From Eledone cirrhosa (Eukaryota): 64,000 bases of DNA. The position numbers and the translations under genes are program-made. Under the pieces are notes generated by a model that searched no databases, had not been told where the DNA came from, and worked only from the letters and a program-made list of their open reading frames with translations. Each line of letters begins with the position of its first letter. The stretch's first letter is position 1. This document shows positions 54,385 through 64,000 of this stretch, one piece after another. The stretch is taken from contig OZ024740.1 of assembly GCA_964016885.1 (NCBI GenBank), forward strand, positions 437,906,001 to 437,970,000. Direction: 5' to 3'.

Positions 54385-55547
54385 ATATATATATATATAT
54401 GGATGTATATCTTTATTATCTATTTTTTTTATATATATGTGTATGTGTGTATGTGTTGCGCATGTGTGTGTGTATATATATATCTTTTATATGTGTATGT
54501 GTATGTTCGTGTAAGTGTATGTGTGTGTATGACTGTATATGTATGTGTGTATGTGTATATGCGTAAATATCTCTATGTGCGCGTATATGTATGTATGTGT
54601 GTATATATATCTGTATGTGTATGTATATTATATTATTATATTTTATTGTTTTATTTTTTTATTTTTCTTAATTTATAGATACATTTATATTAGGCAGTCT
54701 GCTCAGACAATTGAATACTGACCCCTCCCCCCCCCTCCCACCTAATTTCTGTATCTTGATCTTGAAATGTGTGTGCCAGTGTTTTATGTGAGTGATTTAA
54801 TTTCTATGTGCTTATGATTTTATATCCACATATATAAATGTGAGTGGGGGAGTGTGTGTGTTTGTGTGTTCGTGGTTATGTGTATATTTATGCATATACG
54901 CGCATGTATGTGTGATTATACTGATATGTGTGAGTATGAAAAAATATATTTATATGCTTGACTCCATAAGTATCAATGCGCATCTTATCAGCGCATTAAG
55001 CTTACAGAGATATTAACCTTGAAATTTTGTGTTTGCATCCATCTTTTTAGTATGCGTATACAAATTATACACACATTTTTGTAAAATATGTGTAAGGATT
55101 TTACATGTATATACACACACCGAACTGCTTTTAACCCTTTGTGTTTTCATTGGTCAATTTTGAACTGATATTTTGAATTGTTGTTATTATCAATAAATAT
55201 ACTTCATTATTTCTGAAGACGGCGTATATATGTGTTAGGTATGTATATTTAATCTTGATAATTTGTATAATTTTGTATAATTTTGTACATAGATCTGTTG
55301 AATATGCATACCAATTATAACACATATATGCCCTAGAAACGATCGTTAAATAATGAACTTTTTTTGTTTAATATAAGGAATTGTTTATTCATTATTTGTT
55401 TAATATTTTATCTTGACTCTGTATACCGTTTATCTTTCACCGAAAGTGGATTTTCATTACATCTCTTCTTTCCATGATATCCGGAATACATTGAGTTCTT
55501 CATACGGATTGGACACTACCGTAAACTCTTGGTAGATTTATCTACAT
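49885..55547 (+). mobile_element. 5'-truncated Penelope-like element: RT plus GIY-YIG ORF (to 51569), ~4-kb low-complexity 3' region and terminal hammerhead
   Basis: TMGS.DSAQITDLVG, LYRDD, VNFLDITL, SNHP, CNC..CPL.GNC, IVYKC...YIG, CRLC..E. Whether the far 3' end belongs to the same element is inferred. Confidence 0.85.
55203..55357 (+). ncRNA. Type I hammerhead with ~115-nt extended stem II
   Basis: 10-bp stem I TTCATTATTT/AAATAATGAA; CTGAAGA; GGCGTATATATGTGTT...AACACATATATGCC; GAAA CGATCG TT. Confidence 0.7.
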
Positions 55548-55570
55548 ATATATGTATATATATATATGTT

Positions 55571-55601
<31 letters not shown>

Positions 55602-55611
55602 GTATATATAT

Positions 55612-55685
<74 letters not shown>

Positions 55686-55752
55686 GTATATATATATATG
55701 TTTATATATATGTATATATATATATGTATATATATATATGTTTATATATATG

Positions 55753-55787
<35 letters not shown>

Positions 55788-55816
55788 GTTTATATATATA
55801 TGTATATATATATATA

Positions 55817-56235
55817 ATGGAAAAATTTGAACAGGAACAAAACAGAGAGGCAATACAACGAATGTTTATTAATTTCACGCTCTGGAGAGTGGGGTGGTGG
55901 TGGGGAACGACGTTTCGGGCATAAGCCCTTCCTCAGGTGAGAAGTGTGTGGGAACAGAGTTCAAAGGGTGTGTAGGGGAGTGGTGGAGAGACATATAGCG
56001 AACGGAAACGGTGCGAATGAAATTAAAAATTAAAATAAAAATAAAGCATGATCAAAATACAAGGAATGAAATAAAATTAAATATAAAAGCATGATCAAAA
56101 TAAACTGAAATTAAAAAGGGGTAAAACAGGTGGTGGAAGGGTGTGGGGTGTGTAGGGGTGGTGGCGGGTGGAGTAGGGAGAGGGAGACGGGGTGTCCGAG
56201 CGGGGAGGGCTGAAGGTGGTGTGTGTGTGTATGTG

Positions 56236-56289
<54 letters not shown>

Positions 56290-59200
56290 TAAGGGTTAGG
56301 GGAAGAACGGGGTTGCATGTTCAGGAAGAGGTGTGTGTGTGGGGGGGTTGTAGGTCGGAGTGTCTGTGCGCGTGGGGATAGAGGGGTGGGGGGAGAGGAA
56401 TCAGGAGGCTGAGGGTGTAAATATGTGGTGGAAAGCACGTGTGTGTGGGGTTTAAGCGTGTTGTGGGTGTAGGTGGTGTGTGGAGAAACATTTTTTTTTG
56501 GGTGTGTGGGTGAGTTATATAGGTGATTCCGTAAGAGGATGGTTGAAAAGTTGGTAAATTCCTATGATGTTTAGTAGATTCCGTGGTGGTCAAGTTCCAC
56601 ATACGAGTATTCCATGAAGAGATGGTCGGAAGAGGAGAGATGTGGGGGTGCGCGCGCAACAGGAAGTGGTCAAGCAGTGGGAGTGCTGTGTGTCTGTTTG
56701 TGCTGGGAGGTGGTCAGAGGGCATAGCAGCAGTCGGTGGAATGGTAAAGGGGCGAGGATGGGTAGGTGTGAAAGTTGGAGTGAGGAGGGTGTGTGGGTGT
56801 ATTAGTAGAGGTGTTAGTGGGATGAGTGAGTGTGGAGCGAGGGTGTGGGTGGAGCGGGGATAGAAGGGTGTATGTAGTTCTATGGAGGGAGTGTGGTGTA
56901 CTGGTGTGTGTGTAGTTTGATGAAGGGGTGTTAGTGGGTGTTAGTAAACGGGAGGTGGGGAAGGGTTGAATGCAGGTTTGAGTGGGGGTTAGTGGTGGCA
57001 GGGTGTGTAGAGTTGGTGGTGTACGAGGGTGTGTGGGTACGTGTGCGTGGGGTTGGGGGGTGTTAGTGGTGTTAGTGGGGGATAAGTGTGGGGGGAGGGG
57101 GCGGTCGAAGGCTAAAGGAATAAGGGTGGTAAGATGAAGATAGTTCTTTGTTCGACTCTAAGGCGATTGGCGGGTGTTCCGTGGCATTGGAGTAGGCCAC
57201 AGACTGTGAGATGGCGTGCGGAATGTCCAGGGCCACCAAAGTGGCGGGCGATGGGGGAACTACCACCGAGACGAATATCCCGGAGGTGCTCAGTGAATCG
57301 GTCCGCCAGGCGACGCCCCGTCTGTCCGACATAAGTCACGCTGCACTCCGTGCAGCGAAGTCCGTAGACTAGGTTGGAGGAGGTGCAGCGGAAGGCATGC
57401 CGGACAGAGAGAGAGTGGCCGTTGGGACCCTGGAAGGTGGTGGTGTTGGTAATGTGGGGACAGGTGTTGCAGCGGGGCCTAGAACAGGGAAAGGAACCGG
57501 GGGGGGGGGGGAACAGAGCGTGGGTTGGGGGGTAGGGAGCTGTGGACGAGGAGGGTTCGGAGATTGCGTGCGCGTTTGAAGGGTGGGAGTGGTGGGGTTG
57601 GGAAGATGTGGGAGGTGGAGGGGTCGGACTGGAGGCGTCGGAAGAGGCGGCGGATGGTGCGGTGGGGGGGTAAGGTGGAGGGGTGGTAGGTGATGGGGAA
57701 GTGGAGATGGTGGGTGGGTGTGCGGTGGCGTGGGGTGAGGGTGGTGGAGCGGTGGACAGCACGGGCGCGGGTGAGAGCGGTGTGGACGAGAGGGGGGGTA
57801 ACCTCTGCGGATGAAATGGCTGACTAGGGAAAGGGCCTGGGACTCGAAGTCAGCATCTCGGCTACAGAGGCGGCGGATCCTGAGAAGTTGGGAGTAGGGA
57901 ATGGAGTGTTTAGTGTGGGTGGGGTGGGAAGAAGTGAAGTCGAGGTAAGATTGGGAGTCGGTGGGTTTGAAGAAGGCGGAGGTGACGAGGGGGTGGTGGG
58001 AGGGGTCGAAGGCGACGGAGATGTCTAAGAAGTGGACGTGGGTGGTGGAGATAGAGGTGGTGAAGTGGAGGGAGGGGTGGAAGGAGCAGAAGAAGGAGAG
58101 AAAGGAGTCGAGCTGTTCTCGGGTGAGTGTCGTGACTCCGATACAGTCGTCAATGTAACGACCGTACAGTTCGGACGTGGGGCCGGTGTACTGGGCAAAG
58201 ATTTGGGCCTCAACATGGCCAACAAAAAGGTTGGCATAGTTCGGGCCCATTCTTGTACCCATGGCTACCCCCGTGACCTGTTGGTAAAACTCACCCGAGA
58301 AGGAGAAACAATTGAGGGTGAGGACCACTCGGCGAGGCGAAGGAGGGTGGGGGGAAGGGGAGGGGGGAGGGGCGAAGGTCGAGGTAGTGTTTGAGGGCGC
58401 GTAGGCCGTCGGTGTGGGGGATGACGGTATAGAGGGACTTGATGTCTAGGGTGAAGAGGAAGGGCTGTGGGCCGGGTGGGTAGGTGAAGGAGTCGAAAAG
58501 GCGCAGGGCGTGGTTGGTGTCGGAGATGTGGGAGGGGAGGGTGGTGACAAGGGGGGCGAGGATGGAGTTGAGAAAGGCGGAGATGAGTTCGGTGGGGCAG
58601 TTGCAAGCGGAGACGATGGGGCGGCCGGGGTTGTCGGGTTTGTGGAGTTTGGGGAGGAAGTAGATAGTGGGGGTGCGGGGGGTGCGGACGATGAGGTGGG
58701 AAGCGGTGGGAGGGAGGAGGGAGGAGGCGATAAGATCTTGGATGGTGGAGAAGACTTGTTGTTGGTAGAGGGGGGTGGGATCGGAGGGTAGAGGGCGGTA
58801 GAAGAGGGGGTTACAGAGCTGCCTGAGGGCTTCGGCCGTGTAGAGGTCCGCGCACCACACCACCACAGCGCCTACCTTGTCCGCCGGTTTGATGACGATG
58901 TCATCTCGGCTACGGAGGGAGCGGAGAGCGAGGAGTTCGCCCCGTGAGATATTGTACCGTTTGGAACGGTGGCGGAAGTCGAAACGATTTACTGCGCTAC
59001 GGCTGGCATCGACGAAGGCGTCCAGGGTGCTAAATTGCCCTGGGGCCGGCGTCCAAGAAGATGGTCGTCGGCCCAGGGCGAGAAACGGGTCTGGGGCGTC
59101 CGGAGCCGGTGGCGTTCGGCCGAAATGTGCCTGTAGCTTAGTGCGTCGCACGAATCGCTCGACTTCCGTTCGGGTGCGGAACTCGTCGCTGTGCGGAGTG

Positions 59201-60503
59201 TGGGGTATGAAGCGAAGGCCTCTACTAAGGAGTGAGCGCTCAGGTGCGGAGAGGGGGAGGTCAGGGGGTATGGTGACAACAAGTGGTGGGGTTTGGGTGT
59301 GGGGGGAAGGGAGGGTGTGGTGAGGGGTGAGGTGGAGGGTGGAGGGTGGAGATTGGGTAGGGGTGTGGGTCGAGGGAGAGGTGGAGAGTGGTGGGCGTAT
59401 GGGGATGGGCGGGTGGTGGTGGATGGGGGTGGTTGGGAGGAGTGAGTGTAGCTTGCGGGCTTTGGTGGAGCTGAAGAAGGAGAAGAGGTTGTGGTTGAGG
59501 TTTTGGATGAAGGAGAGGATGGCTTGGGCGAGGAGGGGGTGGCAGGTGGAGTTAAGGCGGAGGAGGGTGGGGGTCAGTTGGTGGTCAAGTTGGCGGAGGG
59601 TGGAACGGGAGGCGCGGATGGAGTTGCGCATCAGGAGGTGTGAGGATCGGGTGAGGATACGTTGCGTGGAGGGGGAAGCAGCGGGGGAAGGGTGGAAGTG
59701 TAGACGGAAGCCGAGGAGGATAAGGAGGAGGTGGAGGCAGTGGCTGAGGAAATGGATGTGGCTGGAGTGCCGGGTTTTGGCGAAGAGAAGGTAGGAGAGT
59801 TGAAGGGCAGAGGGGAGATAGCAGGGTGGGAGGAGAGGGGTGAGGAAAAGTTTGAGGCGATTATGTAGTTGGTGGAGAAAGGATCTCAGGCTGGGCATGG
59901 TGGGCGTTGGGTGAAAGCAGGGGGAGGGATGAGAAAGCAGGGGTGTGAAGCGGGGTGGAGTGAACGAAGGAGTGAGTGCGAAGGATAGGCAGAGACGGGG
60001 AAGGGAAAATGAAACAGAAAAACGTAAGGAGGGGGGAGTATACACAGGAAAATTAAAGACAAAAAATCATAAAGGTAAAAACACAGGCAATCGTGAACAA
60101 AAAATCATAGAAATAAAATTGTAAGAACACAGGCAACGAATCATATACGGAAATAAACAAGTACAGTAACAAAATCAAACATAGGTAATGCGTGGAAGGA
60201 AAGACCAAGTGTGGGAAGGTGTGTAAAGTTCGGAGAATGGTCACGGCGGATTAGATCGGGGTTGAGCCGGTAGTTAAGTTATGTTCCAAAGGAATGGAAG
60301 CCGTGTGAACGTGTATTATATATAGTGGAAAAATTTGAACAGGAACAAAACAGAGAGGCAGTACAACGAATGTTTATTAATTTCACGCTCTGGAGAGTGG
60401 GGTGGTGGTGGGGAACGACGTTTCGGGCATAAGCCCTTCCTCAGGTGAGAAGTGTGAGGGAACAGAGTTCAAAGGGTGTGTAGGGGAGTGGTGGAGAGAC
60501 ATA
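55817..60503 (-). mobile_element. Near full-length Neptune-type Penelope-like element with ~180-bp direct terminal repeats; two frameshifts
   Basis: IKPADK, LPKLHK..PGRPIVS, LDIKSLYT, GVAMGTRMGPNYAN, RYIDD, C..PRCNTC and LVYGLRC..C...YVGQTGR. Repeats 55817-55995 and 60324-60503 contain CTGAGGA-GGGC/GCCC-GAAAC and AATAAA. Confidence 0.92.
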
Positions 60504-60562
60504 ATGAGAGACATGTCTAATTATTTTATTTTATTTTTAAATAAAATTAATTAAATTAGTTA

Positions 60563-60629
<67 letters not shown>

Positions 60630-60637
<8 letters not shown>

Positions 60638-61559
60638 GTTCAGAAACCCAATGTCTATTTATTTCATTTTATTTTTTATTTTAGTAATTTTATTTAGAAA
60701 GTAGATTTATAAATATTAATTTTCAGTAAATCTTTGTGTCAGTCTCGGTAACTTAGTGGGAAGTACCAGAGATGGTGAGATCCTGGTCTCGGTGTTCAAT
60801 CATGGTCTGAGGGTTGAATTAAGGACTGAGGTCCATGAGATACATGTAAGGTGTCATGTCAATATTCTTTAATTTTCTTTCTATATCTCTTTGAAAAAGA
60901 GAACCCCTATTTATTTAATTATATTTAATTTAATTTTTTATTTTAGTTAAATTGTCGAAAACACTGAAGATCTAAAGGTTGAGGAGACAATATAATGTCT
61001 ATTTTATCTGTCTCCTCCAACTTTAGATCACCAGTGGTTTCGACAATTTAACTAAAGTAAAAATTAAATTAAATTAAATTAATTAAATTATATTAGATGA
61101 ATAGACATTGGGGTTCTCACCAAAGATTTTCAATTTTTTCTAAGGAATATTAAAAACAGATTAACAGGACACATTACACGTGATTGAACTACCAGACCAG
61201 GATTGAACCTACAGACAAGGATCTAACCATGTTTGGTACTTCCCACTAAGCCACCAAGACTGCTACAAAGGTCTGCTGAAAATTAATATTTATAAACCTA
61301 CTTTCAAAATAAAATTAATTTTATTAATTTTATTTAAAAATAAAATAAAATAAATAAACATTGGGGTTCTCACAAAACTTTTTATATATTAAGGTGTCAT
61401 GTTAATATTCTTTAATTTTCTTTCTATATCTCTTTGAAAAAGAGAACCCCTACTTATTTAATTATATTTAATTTAATTTTTTATTTTAGTTAAATTCTCG
61501 AAACCATTGACGATCTAAAAGTTGAAGAGACAATATAATGTTTATTTTATCTGTCTCCT

Positions 61560-61601
<42 letters not shown>

Positions 61602-63655
61602 AGTGTTCTTGGCTGTGGAGGGCAGCTCTCCTAGTAGAGTACTAAAATGGTGCAGCCTTTTTCCATCCTCTGGCTCTGTTCCCTGGATCTGACTCGAACA
61701 GCTTCTCTTCCTCCGTGTGATCTCATTGATGATCATCCAACTCTCCTTACATTCAGACCTATCAACCGCTCTCTCCACACTTCTGATCTTCTCTATCAGT
61801 GCCTCCTCTCTGGCGTTAGTATAAGCGGTACAGAGTTCTTCCCTCATCACCTCCACATTCTCCTTCCTCTCCTCCATAGGATCAGCATAGAATTGGTCCT
61901 TGGCAGCTTTCATTGTTCTCTGGCTGCAGACACTGTTGGGTCTGCAGAGCTGACATGCTTCCTCTTGTTCTTTCTCCTCGGCAGCAGGGTCTCACTTGCT
62001 TCCACCACTGCATTGGTTAAGTACCCGTACCTATTCGTCACAATCTCTACACAGAGCACTGAACCTGCTGCTCACTTCTACTGTGAACCTCTCCTGTAGC
62101 TTATCTTCCTTGAAAGCTCACCAGTCATAGATTGCTCTCCGGAGCTAAGCCTTGCTCTTTCTTAAGCTCACCCGGACCTCACTCATAACAAGCCACTGCC
62201 CCAGTGTACTGAAATAGTTGTATGGTTCTGTGTTCAGAACACTATTCTGCCACTTTTTCCTCACCAGAATGAAATCAATCTGGGACTTGGACAGGTGCAT
62301 ATCTGAGATATAGGTCCACATCTTCCCCGGATTCATCCTAAACCTTAGGTTGGTTGCTATCAAGTTGGCCTGCAGCAGGCTGTCTCTCAGTACTCTTCCA
62401 TTTCGGTTGGTGATGTTAGGGAATTACCAGCGAATTACCAAAAGTATAAACAATTATTTGTTTCTAAGTTGTTCAATAAAGAAATATATCCATCTATCTA
62501 CCTACATATCTATTTATCTATCTCAAAACCTTTTGCAACGTCTATCTTGAGATGTCACACACTCTCTTGCTCCATATGATGTTTATGTTTGCCAAGGGGA
62601 GATAATTACATGATTGACTTTATGACACACGTGCGTACACACCCAAACAAACTTACACACCCCCACATGCTGCAATGATAGACGAATGGCGGTGAATTTG
62701 ATTTTCGGTGAAAGTTTGATAAGCGTCAACGTAACAATTGTGTAACAAGTTGTGTTTCATTGTTTGAACACATAGACCACTATTCTTTCTTCTCGAAACT
62801 TTTTTTTATTTCTTCTTACCCTCCTTTCTCGTCCATGGAAGCAAATAAGACATTTATTTCACAAGAGAGTCACTTCAGGATATTACTAGAATTTCTCACA
62901 ATGAAGCAAGACGTGAGAAGTAGAAGGAAGCCGATGGTATGCTAAACTGCGTAGTTCTTTTAAATATTTAATTGGTTTTATTTACAGGTGTTTAAATGAC
63001 ATTACAAATTGTTCACAGTTCTTTGAGAATGAAAATAAAAACACATATAATACAATGTGTATATATATATATATATATATGCACACACACACAAACACAC
63101 ACACACACACACATATATATGATGGCTGCAAACTCTGCTTTGGCTTGTTGTTTTGGGATTCGATCATCCTCCATTCTGCAGAGGTGTCCGGTCCATCGCA
63201 AACGCCGTTGGTGGATGATACTCTCAATACTCCGACACACACTTCTCTCAAGGACCTCAACATCACTCACATGCATCTGCCACTTGATACCGAGTATCTT
63301 TCTGAGACACTGCTGGTGAAACCGTTCCAGTCTGTTGATATTCCGTTTGTAGGCAACCCATGTCTCACATGCATACAACAAAGCTGACAGTACATATGCA
63401 GCATACACTCTCACCTTGGTCCTCATTGTGATTCCTCGCATGCACCAAAGACGGTCGTTGAGCCTTCCAAATGACTCACTTGCCTTACTAACACGTAGAC
63501 CAACTTCTGCATCCAGAGAGCAGGTCACACTCAGAGTACTCCCCAAATACACAAATGTGTCAGCAGCCTTCAGCTTTTGACCGTATACGTGTATGGAGGG
63601 TTCATCCAGAGGGTTCATCAGGTAGGTACATGACGACAGTCTTCTTCAGACTGAT

Positions 63656-63688
<33 letters not shown>

Positions 63689-63835
63689 CAAGCAGTTGTT
63701 ACGTAATTTGCATCCAGTGAATGCGAGTGTCGTATATGTGTCTTTTTTGGCCCCGTTAAGCTCGTATGTGTTTCTGTGTGTGTGTGTGTCTGCCTGTCTG
63801 TGTGTCTGTGTGTCTGTGTGTATGTGTGTCTGTGA

Positions 63836-63882
<47 letters not shown>

Positions 63883-63883
63883 C

Positions 63884-63924
<41 letters not shown>

Positions 63925-63990
63925 TGTGGGTGTCAATAGGTAAATAAAATCCAAGCTATCTCCAATATTATCAGACGTAACAACTCCAAT
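60630..63990 (+). repeat. Diverged segmental duplicate of ~11075-16290
   Basis: Same order of palindromic repeat, RTE fragment, unique spacer, RTE-ZnF fragment and (GT)n. Lacks ~11900-13100 and two internal blocks. Confidence 0.88.
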
Positions 63991-64000
63991 ATTATCAAAC

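Noticed and set aside
51930-54720. Long YI/CV-rich ORFs here and at other (TA)n tracts
   Set aside because: These are artefacts of stop-free dinucleotide repeats.
58032-59794. Gly/Arg-rich plus-strand ORFs
   Set aside because: They are antisense shadows of the C-rich Penelope ORF.
60955-60985. GAAA...CTGAAGA near the palindrome centre as a hammerhead
   Set aside because: The motifs do not form the required three stems and are not conserved in other copies.

Overview
Repeat-saturated, (TA)n-rich eukaryotic DNA with no clear host gene. An octopod cephalopod origin is inferred only from recalled SINE/LINE tail motifs. The window is a nest of mostly decayed mobile elements: an R4/Dong-like RT, several RTE-group LINEs, a CR1 3' end, a degenerate Rep/helicase Helitron, a non-autonomous Helitron, three Penelope-like (RT/GIY-YIG) elements, SINEs, MITEs and a ~3-5 kb segmental duplication. 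The most striking feature is non-coding. A 466-bp tandem array (42366-49598) carries an intact type I hammerhead ribozyme in every unit (14 copies), and two diverged relatives sit at 19.7 kb and 40.7 kb. The array appears to be two insertions into a TA microsatellite with identical end points and internal inversions. Outside an internal microsatellite they differ essentially only by a tight cluster of 7 A/G changes on the ribozyme strand. This fits a retrozyme-like circular RNA that was A-to-I edited and then reverse transcribed by rolling circle (inference). Also notable: many further hammerheads, and an apparently intact three-exon SGNH-hydrolase gene facing a BACK-like ORF.
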